Shown piece by piece: positions 22,589 to 33,743 of a stretch of 37,387 nt of DNA. The DNA is from Octopus bimaculoides. Lineage: Eukaryota. Both the position numbers and the translations under genes were made by a program. How positions within the stretch are numbered: the stretch's first letter is position 1; each line of letters opens with the position of its first letter. The DNA is taken from the NCBI RefSeq assembly GCF_001194135.2, contig NC_068984.1:58646169-58683555 (forward strand), given 5' to 3'. The notes beneath the pieces were generated by a model. That model ran no database searches and was not told the origin of the DNA. It saw only the letters and a list, made by a program, of their open reading frames with translations.

Positions 22589-22852
22589 GTAATCTTTACT
22601 CTTACAGCTGTTTTCATTAATACTCTATGAGTATAATTTCATCAGAAAAAAAACCGATATACCCTAAGATGTTACATGCCAACCTATCAGTTCATACCAG
22701 CGAACTGATAGGTTGGCATGTAACATATTAAGGTATATCTTTTTTCTCTGATAAAATTATACTCATAGAATATTAAAGCAAATTTAATGCACAAATTTGT
22801 AATTTAATTATTGAGTATTAATGGAAACAGCTGTAAGAGTAAAGATTACCAA
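22586..22852. mobile_element. Foldback / MITE-like palindrome
   Basis: Outer arms TTGGTAATCTTTACTCTTACAGCTGTTTTCATTAATACTC and its reverse complement (one mismatch). Inner arms span 22617-22776. There is a perfect 25-bp stem (22669-22693 with 22702-22726) and an 8-nt loop. No target duplication was found. Confidence 0.75.
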
Positions 22853-22961
22853 TTTGTTAATAATTATTCATTATTAACTTTCAACTCTCCATTTTCTTTT
22901 CTTTGTTTAACTGGATATAAATTATATGCTATATATACACACACACATATATATATATATG

Positions 22962-23032
<71 letters not shown>

Positions 23033-23443
23033 TTCTTTTCTCCAAGTCAAGCATTAAATACTGCCAGTCAAATCAAATAATTAGTTTAATTTTAAAAATT
23101 GAACACACATTTACCTTGGGCTTTATACAAAATTCAAAACTACATCTGAAAGCGTAATGTGATATAATGTCATATAATATATTCTACACAGTATTTAAAT
23201 CTGATTTAATTTCCTTTTCAATCTGAAACTGAATTTTTACTAGTTAAGCTGAAGATGAGTAGGAAAATAGCTCTCAAAAATGTAGGTGTCATTTCCTTTA
23301 AATAAAATTCCAGAAGTTGTGCAAGAATCGGGAATTTTCTCATCAAAAGTCAAATTCTAGGTTTCCTATCGAAGACACACTTGTACACATACATATAATA
23401 TACACACACACACACACACACACATCTATGTATATATATATAT

Positions 23444-23474
<31 letters not shown>

Positions 23475-23650
23475 AAATAATATCAATATCACTACGGTTG
23501 TTTCAACAAATTTTCACACCTTGTAGTACATAGATGCTTACAAGGTGTGGAATATGCCCCCTCAGAGGATTATATAACTATGTTCATCCTCTCACCATTT
23601 CACTGCATACGATTCTACAGGTTTTTAGCTAAATCTCAATTAACTACATG

Positions 23651-23685
<35 letters not shown>

Positions 23686-23688
<3 letters not shown>

Positions 23689-23763
23689 GATTGGAGCCTG
23701 GTGTAGCCATCCGGTTGCACCAGTCCTCAGTCAAATCGTCCAACCCATGCTAGCATGGAAAGC
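23686..23763 (+). mobile_element. RTE-associated 3' end fragment running into a gap
   Basis: TTAGATTGGAGCCTGGTGTAGCCATCCGG..CAGTCAAATCGTCCAACCCATGCTAGCATGGAAAGC, nearly the same as 10230-10312. Confidence 0.8.
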
Positions 23764-24588
23764 NNNNNNNNNNNNNNNNNNNNNNNNNNNNNNNNNNNNN
23801 NNNNNNNNNNNNNNNNNNNNNNNNNNNNNNNNNNNNNNNNNNNNNNNNNNNNNNNNNNNNNNNNNNNNNNNNNNNNNNNNNNNNNNNNNNNNNNNNNNNN
23901 NNNNNNNNNNNNNNNNNNNNNNNNNNNNNNNNNNNNNNNNNNNNNNNNNNNNNNNNNNNNNNNNNNNNNNNNNNNNNNNNNNNNNNNNNNNNNNNNNNNN
24001 NNNNNNNNNNNNNNNNNNNNNNNNNNNNNNNNNNNNNNNNNNNNNNNNNNNNNNNNNNNNNNNNNNNNNNNNNNNNNNNNNNNNNNNNNNNNNNNNNNNN
24101 NNNNNNNNNNNNNNNNNNNNNNNNNNNNNNNNNNNNNNNNNNNNNNNNNNNNNNNNNNNNNNNNNNNNNNNNNNNNNNNNNNNNNNNNNNNNNNNNNNNN
24201 NNNNNNNNNNNNNNNNNNNNNNNNNNNNNNNNNNNNNNNNNNNNNNNNNNNNNNNNNNNNNNNNNNNNNNNNNNNNNNNNNNNNNNNNNNNNNNNNNNNN
24301 NNNNNNNNNNNNNNNNNNNNNNNNNNNNNNNNNNNNNNNNNNNNNNNNNNNNNNNNNNNNNNNNNNNNNNNNNNNNNNNNNNNNNNNNNNNNNNNNNNNN
24401 NNNNNNNNNNNNNNNNNNNNNNNNNNNNNNNNNNNNNNNNNNNNNNNNNNNNNNNNNNNNNNNNNNNNNNNNNNNNNNNNNNNNNNNNNNNNNNNNNNNN
24501 NNNNNNNNNNNNNNNNNNNNNNNNNNNNNNNNNNNNNNNNNNNNNNNNNNNNNNNNNNNNNNNNNNNNNNNNNNNNNNNNNNNNNNNN

Positions 24589-24655
24589 ACTAAAGGCGGT
24601 GCTCCAGCATGGCCACAGTCAAAAGACTGAAACAAGTAAAAGAGTAAAAGAGTAT
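24589..24655 (+). mobile_element. SINE family A 3' end emerging from a gap
   Basis: ACTAAAGGCGGTGCTCCAGCATGGCCACAGTC..AAACAAGTAAAAGAGTAAAAGAGTA. Confidence 0.8.
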
Positions 24656-25345
24656 ATACACGCGTGCGCGCACGTACACACACATACACACACACCTTCC
24701 TCTCTCTCTCTCTGTCTGAGGGCATCAGAGAGAAAATATATCAAAGGGTACGAAATTTCTTTCGACACTCGTTCCCTTCTGTAAATGCTAGTCTTCAACA
24801 TAATGAAATATTTTCTGAAATCCAGGAAATTCGCGGACCTGACAACGATATACTTATTTCTCTGTACCCCTTCTCAAAGTCCCCTCTCCACACACGCGCG
24901 CGCGCACGTATACACACACACACACACGTGCGCATGCATTCATACATTAAAAGAAACATAAATAAAGCAACAGGATTCCTACCAAGTGTTTAGAAAAGGT
25001 CAGCAGAATGTCGCTCCAAAGAAATTTAAGAGAAAAGCAGAAAGGAAGACAGTGAGATAAATATAAAAAGGAGATTGGTGATATGAACAGTCAAGATAAA
25101 TAGATGTACAAATATATGAATTTGATAAATAAAAACAAAAACGTTTTAATAGGAGGTGGGGGGGGAGTGTTTGTGTAAAACTAATAACATATATACACAG
25201 AATCTCAAAAATAGACACCCTTATATATTTTTAAACGTGTGTGTATGTGTATATATATATATATGTGTGTATATATATGTATATATATATGTATATATAT
25301 ATATATATAGATAGATAGATATATATTTATATATAAATATATATG

Positions 25346-25386
<41 letters not shown>

Positions 25387-25953
25387 GAAACAGAAAGGGT
25401 AGAGCGGTGAGACAGATGGGTATGAAACGACAAATGAATTTGATAAATAAAAAGATGTTTGAATAGATGGCTAAGTGCGAGTGTGTGAATATATATATAT
25501 ATGCGTGTGTGTGTGTACACACACGCGTGTATGTATGTATGTGGATTTATGCATGTACGCATGTGTTTGCACAATTATGTTTCAGAAGTCCGGCTTAAGT
25601 TTAGTTCAGTATTAGATACAGCGTCACGTATAAAATATCCTATGTATTAACTTCTGTTTAACAATTTGCAGTATAGCTAGATATTACTAGTTCTTATTAA
25701 TTAATTACCCAAGAAATGCGCCAATTACATCTCACCCTCATCCATTTTTCTTATTCCATTTCATATCCGAGCTTTTTCCAAAGTTTCTTTTCATCGTTTT
25801 CCTATTTACTTCGTAAATATGAAACTTAATTCCCGAAAGTAATTTTAAAAGTTTTCAAAATAAATAAATCACCGAAAAAAACTTAGATTCCCCTATGAGT
25901 TCTCTTATCTCAGTTCCTCAACCCTGCGAATATGGGGGGAAAAGTGTACTTAC

Positions 25954-26132
25954 AACAGTGTAGTTTCCAGTGGCACTCGAACAACATTAGTTAATCCTTT
26001 ATACATGCATAGCACTTTGTTATCATTGCATTGGCATTGCCTGGGGCAACGACCAAGTGTGCCGGTCCAAATACTGGCCAACGTTAAGAAAGTAAGTAAA
26101 GACCGACAAAATAAGCGCACTTGATTCGACAT
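25954..26132 (-). CDS. PXDN: First coding exon of a secreted LRR protein (signal peptide + LRRNT cap), most likely peroxidasin
   Basis: MSNQVRLFCRSLLTFLTLASIWTGTLG|RCPRQCQCNDNKVLCMYKGLTNVVRVPLETTL(L). There is an in-frame TGA 9 nt upstream of the ATG. The 179-nt CDS ends TT|GTAAGT (phase 2). From the 4th Cys to the exon-end Leu is 19 residues with a C-M start, as in recalled human PXDN (CMHLLLEAVPAVAPQTSIL); Slit has 20. Exon confidence is high; the PXDN identity is about 0.6. Confidence 0.8.
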
Positions 26133-26450
26133 CCCGCCTCACTCGTTTGATTTCTACTACTAAGAGCAACTTTTTTTTTGTCTTTTTCGCTGCCGGCAAT
26201 GCCAAATAGCGAGATGCAGAGGCTGATGATGACGGGCGACAGCTAACTTCTCACCTCTCCCACTCGCTTTCTCTTTCTATTTATCTATTTATTTATTCAT
26301 CTTGCATCTTCTGGCTCCTGCTTTGCTGTGTCATTTAACATAACACGCTCGTCAAATGCGAGGCCCATTTTCAATATTTGTCGTCAATTACAAAAAATAA
26401 CATAAATTAATAGATTGTTAAATACGAACGAAATATTTTTTCTAAAGTAT
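26133..26450 (-). promoter_or_regulatory. Putative 5' UTR and core promoter of the LRR gene
   Basis: Non-repetitive, CpG-retaining sequence directly upstream of the ATG. The transcription start site cannot be located from sequence. Confidence 0.5.
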
Positions 26451-26649
26451 GGAACCTTTTCTTCAGAGACAAAATAAATATGCAATGCTAAAATACTTTG
26501 AAATATGAAGAATTCGTGCAGAAATCTAAATGGTAATACTAATTACTTTCTATATCAACCCAATACTATTTCTGATAAGGCTAAAGAGTTGTATAACTTT
26601 CACTAGTAAGCGATATGGTCACTGTTTATATAAACTTTTTTGTTTAGTT

Positions 26650-26860
26650 CCGGGACCCCTATGATCAGAGGTGATCCACCCGTAACCATCCCGTTTCTTT
26701 ACCTTTTCTGGGTTTTTTTGGGTTTTTTTTTTCATCTTGGAATAAATCGCTCAATGAGTTCATTTTAAAGACGACAGGGACTAATTTAAAGGAGATTTGG
26801 CTGTTATTTCTAGCAGAGGGAACGATCTCGTAGAGATTCTCTTGTTGGGCCGTAACTGTT
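26650..26860 (+). repeat. Unclassified interspersed repeat (same family as 880-1130 and 3610-3780)
   Basis: CTATGATCAGAGG..ACCATCCCG and GGAGATTTGGCTGTTATTTCTAGCA motifs. Confidence 0.55.
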
Positions 26861-27099
26861 ATGTTGTTGTACATGTTAGAGGCAGCTTAAACTCCTGAGT
26901 AACCAACCGATTTTTAAATTGTTGATCTAGCAATGATTTTCCGTTGCCTATTCCATAGTCACTGGCGCTTTTCCAGCGCAAGCTAACAAGATATCGTCTA
27001 TTTATGGTGGTAAGTGTTATAGACAGTTTGTTGTACTGCTAAATGTTTTAACTATAAGCATTCACAGAGCAAGGGACAACTATACAATCAACCCACCTA

Positions 27100-27465
27100 T
27101 CAGCTAATAATGAAACAAGAATCGGAGAAAATAACTCTTTCCTTGATCGAAGTAACCCATACCCATCTGTCAAATCTGCTCGCACTCTCGTTAATGTTTG
27201 TCCTCACTTTAGTCGTTACCCACCTGCGAACACTAGTTTCCCTACCTCCTTCCTTATTCTTTATTGTTAATTTCCCATCCCTCTACAAGCTCACTCCTCC
27301 CAATTTATCCAGCATCACTATTTCTTATTCAGTCCACTGGTTGCTGGAGAAAACATTGATGAGAATCAGGCTACAAAGTAAACACGTCTTTCTTGACTAT
27401 TACAAGTTAATGTTTAATTTCTCTACGACAAAGGATTCAGCTTGAAACGTCAGCGTTAGACCTTG
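27100..27465 (+). mobile_element. Probable decayed PLE terminal repeat
   Basis: A KQESEKITLSL-like end, a C/T-rich tract, then CTACGACAAAGG..CAGCTTGAAACGTCAG, which resembles a degenerate CTGACGAAGG..CGAAACGTCAG hammerhead. Confidence 0.35.
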
Positions 27466-28499
27466 TTTTTTCCTCACAGCAAAATATATTCCATCTAATA
27501 GTCTGACCTCTTTTCCCCTCAGCCAGCTGCAGTTCTGTAATGAAATGAAGAGCAAGCAGAGGCGAAAATAATAAATAAGCAGTAAAAGTGATGAACGTGT
27601 AGCAATGTTTTAAAATCATTATATTTTCATCTGTATCAGTTCTTTATGTATCAATCATGACTTCTTTTTATCAACTACAGATGTTGAGAGGATTCAAGTT
27701 GTATTGTACTGCAGCTTATAGCAATTTTCAAATTAATTTCTAGCCATGCTCTTAAACAATTTTTAGGTCATAACCTTTAATGAGAACATGTGGATTTAAC
27801 AACAAAAGGATTGCAACTTCAACCTGGTTCGATCAGAAACTCTCACAGTTGGTAAATCACTTTATCCCCTCCCGCCCCACCAAGCAAGAAATAACTATAT
27901 AGCATTCTTCAACAGAGAGCCTCTATATGTTTTTCTGACCTACTAGAAATATCAACCAAATCACCTTCAATCCAAACTATGTTCTTTAAAAAGAAAGGAA
28001 GTTATTTCTAGCTGTTCAAGCAACCACATAGAGTAGTTACACCTTGTTGCAAATGGCAAAAAAGGCTGAGAATCTCTGCTTTAACAGAATTATAGTACAA
28101 AATTAGCTACTCAAATTATGCATTTGTGTCTAATTTGAACATATTGTCCTAAAACAGTAATATATAACATGGTTTGTGTGGACCACATATGGCTGACCGG
28201 AACCACTGTGACTTTCATATGACTAAGGAAACCAATAATTTTTATTTTAAGTCAATCTGAAATCTAAATCAGTTAAAAGTAAATTTGCATGTACTTTATT
28301 GCAATACATCATTAATGTTTTCCTTTATTTAAATAATTTATGTACAGCTGTGTTGCATAATTACTATTCAAAAGTAAATTTAGAGGTCCTTGAAGTTACT
28401 CTCATAAATTTTGTGAACCTTCTTCGAAAAAAGCCAGTACATCACTTTCTAAGACTTCTGTCCTAAAATGGAACACTTAATGCATTTTGAAGTCAGGCA

Positions 28500-29050
28500 G
28501 GTGGAAGTTTGCTGAAGGTCCTACAGTCTCAAAGACTGGCATCTTTCTTTTGAGCCAAAATATACTTTGCCCCACCCCACCTCACTATCAACTACCAAGC
28601 TTCTGCAAAACTCAGGTCAATCTCACAATAGAATAATGCTTCTACATCCAGGACTGTGATGTTGCTACATATTCAAACATCCTGGATTACATCTAAAGAA
28701 ATGTCATTCATCTGACTGGCATGAAGTCATTCACCAATACATTCAAACCTGTAGCCTGCAGAAGCATTGTCTGCTCTCTCTGCCCATTATACCACAATTA
28801 CAATGATTTCTGCTTCTTAGAGATAGCTGGTCTTGTATCACTTCCACTCATGCCCTCTCAATTCACATCTTTCCTCTTCTCATCACCCTATCATATTCAT
28901 CCTATTCTCAGCCCATACTTACCACTATGCTCAGTCCATCCTTTCCAGAATGTCCACCCTCTGGAATTCCCTCCAGACATGAGTCTTTCCTGCAGTTATT
29001 GATTTACAACAGTTTTAAGTGGAACAATTAATAGCATCAATTTCACTGGC
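28500..29050 (+). mobile_element. CR1/L2-clade LINE 3' fragment
   Basis: ATYSNILDYI*RNVIHLTGMKSFTNTFKPVA..YHNYNDFC..IAGLV..YAQSILSRMSTLWNSL..VFPAVIDLQQF, matching the LD.IQR.A.R and RT..LWNSLP..VFP terminal motifs of this clade. Confidence 0.65.
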
Positions 29051-29108
29051 TTCAAAGAGATACAGTATAGGTCATAATGACAGCCCCTTCACCAAACCAA
29101 ACTAATAA

Positions 29109-29327
29109 TGGTTTCAAATTTTGGCCCCAAACCAGCAATTCCTGTGGAAGGAGTGAGTCAATTATGCCGACCTCAGTACTCAACTGGTACTTATTTTATC
29201 AACCCCCTACAAAAAAATGAAAAGCTAAGTTGACCTCGGCAGAGCTTGAACTTAGAATGTAAAGACAGAGGAAATGCTGCTAAGCACTTTGCCCAATGTA
29301 CTAATGATTCTGCCAGCTCACCAGCCT
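29109..29327 (-). mobile_element. tRNA-derived SINE, family B (partial second copy at 29372-29487)
   Basis: Collinear with 478-683. Confidence 0.8.
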
Positions 29328-30402
29328 AAACCAAACTAGTAATGAAAAAATAAAGATGTTAAATGAGTATATTGCTTTCAGATTTTGACACAAGGCCAAC
29401 AATCTTGGGTGTGGGATTGGTCGATTGAATACCCCGGTATTCAATTTCTACTTATTTTGCTGACCCCAAAAGGATGAAAGGCAAGTGAAACAACTAAACA
29501 AATTCTTTTTGATGAGTCTAATAGGAAGTAAATTTTTAACTTTTTCTTTCAAACAAGTAGATAGCTTTCTCAGAATTTTCTTTGGAATACATGTTATCTA
29601 ATGATTGAAATCTTGGGTATATGAGTGTTATTTCTTAGTTCTGTGGATCTTTCCTTTGTGGAGAATGACTAACTGAATATCTAAACTCAATGCAAATTTT
29701 GCCATGTTAAAGATACAAAATTTGCAGGAAAGGCTACTAGAGATTATAAGATTCAGTGATTATGTTTGCAGCCTGTAAGGTGCTGTGAATAAGTAGAGAA
29801 TTATAATCTTTTTTGTGCATAATAATGTTTGTATTCTGGTTTTTGAAATGTTTTTATGATATGAGAATCCATATGCTTAACATTTTCTGATATCTAATTT
29901 GTAACGTGGAAGTGTGGAAACTTGAATCTCTTGCAAGAAGATTTGTATGTCCTTCAAGTGTATTCTTCAATCAATTAAGTAATCAATTAATTAACTTCAA
30001 GGAAATATCAATCATACCCGATTCATATACTTCAATGCCTTTCCACAGTCTACTCTGGACCCATGAAAGGATTCTAGTCTAGCATAGCAAACTTTTAAAA
30101 CTTTACTTAATTCATCAACAGCCACAGTGTTTTAGCTACTAACACTGGTTATCTACACTCATATTTATTTTTTGATGGACTGACTCACAGAAAAAGATGA
30201 ATTTATTTACATAGTCCATTTTGCTGCTCAAATCTTCACCCTAACTGGAATTCACTTCCATTCTCTTTGGATCCATGAGATCTTTGTCAGTTTGGGATGT
30301 GAAATATTGCTTGCAGACCATTGTTGCTGTTCTTTTCTGTTAGCCAGTTGTAGTATCTATGATTGCCCTCTATACATTTGTACATCATGTTGTTTTCTTT
30401 AA

Positions 30403-30778
30403 TCATCATCATCATCTTCATCGTTTAACGTCCGTTTTCCATACTAGCATGGGTTGGACGATTTGACTGAGGACTGGTGAACCAGATGGCTACACCAGGC
30501 TCCAATCTGATTTGGCAGAGTTTCTACAGCTGGATGCCCTTCCTAACGCTAACCACGCCGAGAGTGTAGTGGGTGCTTTTACGTGCCACTGGCACGAAGG
30601 CCAGTCAGGAGGTACTGGCAACGACCATGCTCGAAATGGTATATTTTACGTGCCACCTGCACAGGGGCCAGTCCAGGAGTACTGGCAACAAACTCGCTCA
30701 AATGTCTTTTCACGTGCCACCAGCACAAGTGCCAGGAAGACGATGTTGGTAACGGTCACGCTCGGACGGTGCTCTTAG
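30403..30778 (-). mobile_element. RTE-associated 3' end with (GAT)n tail
   Basis: Reverse complement of the 10075-10348 region. Confidence 0.82.
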
Positions 30779-30964
30779 TGATTTACTGGTATAGGTGCCA
30801 TATTCTTATGTGTTGTGACTGTAACTTTTGCCCAGCATGGCATGCATGGGGACTGAATCCAAAAACCACTCTGTTGCAAAGTGAGCTTCTTAATCACACA
30901 ATCATACCAGCACAGTCAAACATTCTATTAAGTCAATAGTGGTTAGAATAGTATTTATGTAGGT

Positions 30965-30996
<32 letters not shown>

Positions 30997-31432
30997 GTTA
31001 TTGAAGCAAGAATGTATGAAGCAAGCAAGGTTTGTGAGTGATGCTATTTTTGAGAAATGTACAATGATGAGAGTGTTTGTGTTTGCCAGGTGTTGCTGTG
31101 CAGGCATGTTTTTTAAGGTTGTTTTAATAATGGCAGAGTGTGGGTAACTATTGTTGTTGATTCTACTAATAACTCTATATAGCGTTTTACTGTTTGCTTT
31201 GTGGTTTATGTTGGAGTCAAGCATTTGCTAATTCTCTGTTTTTCTATAGTTGTTTCTTTATGTGTGCACATGTACATATATATAGAATCACTGATGTAAT
31301 AAGAGAAGGCAGACTTCACCTGGTGACATTATCAAAAGGGTAGCAACATCAAAATGACTACCTATAAAATTTTTGTGCAGTATTTTAGCAAAAATTGTTT
31401 CTTTATTTATTATTTTGCAAAAAAAAAAAATT

Positions 31433-31823
31433 GGCCATGTAGTTAAGAAGCTCACTTTGGACCATGTGGTTTCAGGTTCAGTTCCACTGCACCTGGGGCA
31501 AATGTCTTCTATAGCCCTGAGCCAACCAGTGCTTGGTGAGTGAATTTGGTAGATGGAAAGATTCTGAAAGCTCATCATCATATATATGTGTGTATGTGTT
31601 TCTTTATGTCTGTGTTTGTCCCCCATCACTGCTTGACAACCTGTGTTGGTTTGTTTACGTCCTCGTAACTTAGCAGTTCAGCAAAAAGAGACTGATATAG
31701 TAAGTAACAGGCTTAAAGAAAAAATAAGTACTGGGGTCAGTTCAGTTGACTAAGATTCCTTCAAGGTGATACCCCAGCATGGCCATAGTCTAATGACTGA
31801 AACAGATACATGATAAAAGATAA
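31433..31823 (+). mobile_element. tRNA-derived SINE, family A
   Basis: Collinear with 4782-5160. Confidence 0.8.
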
Positions 31824-31921
31824 ATCTTTATCGAAAGCATCTTTATGTAAACAAGCTTAAAGTAGAAAGTAGATGCTTCTCTTACACAACTTAGACATGT
31901 TATCACTTCAGTTTGTTTTAT

Positions 31922-32128
31922 TATCTTTCATTTTTATTTTTTACGTGTTTTAGTCATTGGATTGTGGCCCAGCTGGGGCACTGTTTTAAAAGATTTAATC
32001 AAACAAATTGGCCCCAATACTTATATTTTAAAGTTTGATGCTTGTTATATTGCTCTATTTTACTTAACTTGTACGTTACTAGGACATAAACAAACCAACA
32101 CTGGTTGTCAAGTGGTGGAAGCCAAACA
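31922..32128 (-). mobile_element. SINE family A 3' half
   Basis: Reverse complement of the family A 3' region. It lies tail-to-tail with 31433-31823, about 100 bp away. Confidence 0.7.
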
Positions 32129-32158
32129 CAACACACACACACACACACACACAACATG

Positions 32159-32189
<31 letters not shown>

Positions 32190-32196
32190 ACACACA

Positions 32197-32539
32197 CAAC
32201 AGGTATGAAGCTGAAAGTGTATCTTGGGTACTGGATTTCCAAACTCCTTATCAATGGTTTATAGATGTCTTCATTCTCTTGTATTATTCTAATCACATTT
32301 ATGTCCATAGGGCAGCTGATTTCTACAACAGAACATATCTTTTCTTTGTGATCCCACACAACTATATCTGGCCAGTTGTGTTTTAACTTGGTTTTTTAAT
32401 TTATAAGTTCCGCCAGTATTCCTCAGACGTATCAATCTCAGTATGTTGAACTTCATTTGTAGGTATTTTCGTTTTTGATATCCTATTCCAGACCACTTTG
32501 ACCACTGCATTGTGCCTCATAGGAAGATAATACCTGGAA
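32197..32539 (-). mobile_element. R4/Dong-like (restriction-like endonuclease) non-LTR retrotransposon fragment
   Basis: SRYYLPMRHNAVVKVVW..EEYWRNL*..KHNWPDIVVWDHKEKICSVVEISCPMDINV..ENEDIYKPLIRSLEIQYPRYTFSFIPV. This shows the RHN/RHD motif after the CCHC knuckle plus the PD..(D/E).x.P and K..KY-like RLE motifs. Confidence 0.78.
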
Positions 32540-32609
32540 GAGAGAGAGAGAGAGATCGTGTGTGTGTGAGAGAGAGAGTGAGCGTGTGTGTGTGAGAGAG
32601 AGAGAGAGA

Positions 32610-32640
<31 letters not shown>

Positions 32641-32672
32641 CGTGTGTGTGTGTGAGAGAGAGAAAGAGAGAA
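32540..32672. repeat. Higher-order compound microsatellite [(GA)n(C)(GT)m] repeated about 4 times
   Basis: Directly visible alternating GA and GT blocks. Confidence 0.92.
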
Positions 32673-33300
32673 ACTCACTGGATATTATTTATCTCAATGA
32701 AAACATTCAATTCTAGGAAGTTTCATGGCATTAGCCTGATTCATAATCAAATTACACTGAACTTGTTCCTATTTTTGTTCAATGATTTAGTTTCAAATTT
32801 TTGATTATAGACTGCTTGTATAAATCCATTTTCTTTTTAAATGAATTTAATTTTAAACATAATAATGATAATAGGAGCTTTTAATTGGTTTTAAAAGTAA
32901 AGCTGGTGATTATTTTAACGGTAAAGTTAATTAATTTGATCTCTAGATCCATGATTTTTAAACCAAGTTGCAGAAAACGGTAATTTCCAATTGTATTTAT
33001 TTAAAATCATTAAGCATCTTTCCTTTTATGCAAGCAATTGTGTACAATGAGAAGTTATCTCATTACTTCATAATGTGCATGATTTTTATGTAGTTTTTAA
33101 ATATTTTCGCTTTGGATTTTATTGTTCTCTTACTGCATTTCCACTTTAACAACATGAAAATATGTAAATGTAAATAGCTTTAGGAAGTGCATATGACATT
33201 ACAAATTAAAAGTGTAATGTTCATTATGCTAATTGTTTATATCACTCCATTACATTCAAAAGTATACAGGAATCACAATTTACATGTAATATTGAATTTA

Positions 33301-33514
33301 AATTTTAGTACAAGGCCAGTAATTTTGGGGGGGGGGGGGGAGATAAATTGATTACATTGACCCCAGTGTTCTACTGGTATTTATTTTATTGAACTTGAAA
33401 AGATGAAAGGCACAAAGTCAACAATAGCAGAATTTGAACTAAGGTTGTAAAGCCAGACAAAACGCTGGTAAGCATTTTGCCCCGCCTGCAACGAATCTCC
33501 CAGCTCACTGCTTT
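33301..33514 (-). mobile_element. tRNA-derived SINE, family B
   Basis: Collinear with 478-683. Confidence 0.78.
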
Positions 33515-33743
33515 ACAATTTACAAGTAATACTACTACAAAAATAAACTTAATATTTACTATACAGTGCATAGCAGAATTGAACTTGGGACTGTAGGGCT
33601 GCAAAATGAATGTCTTAACTATTTAGCCATACAACAACTGCATACAAGTATATATATAGATATATAGATACATACACACGCACACACACGCATGTGCACG
33701 TGTGTGTGTGTGAGCATATCTCACTGTATCAACCAGACTATCA

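Noticed and set aside
23542-23614. Minus-strand AG..GTAAGC segment close to LRR exon size
   Set aside because: It is 73 nt rather than 72 and has a stop in the phase-2 frame.
23727-24784. The longest ORFs in the track (291-345 aa)
   Set aside because: They consist almost entirely of N-gap and are flanked by RTE and SINE ends.
25954-26132. Slit as the identity of the LRR exon
   Set aside because: Phase and cap fit Slit, but Slit has one more residue between the 4th Cys and the exon-end Leu and lacks the C-M signature. It is disfavoured, not excluded.
26023-26205. Second minus ORF overlapping exon 1
   Set aside because: It starts at a non-ATG codon, is an alternative frame of the real exon and 5' UTR, and has no recognisable features.
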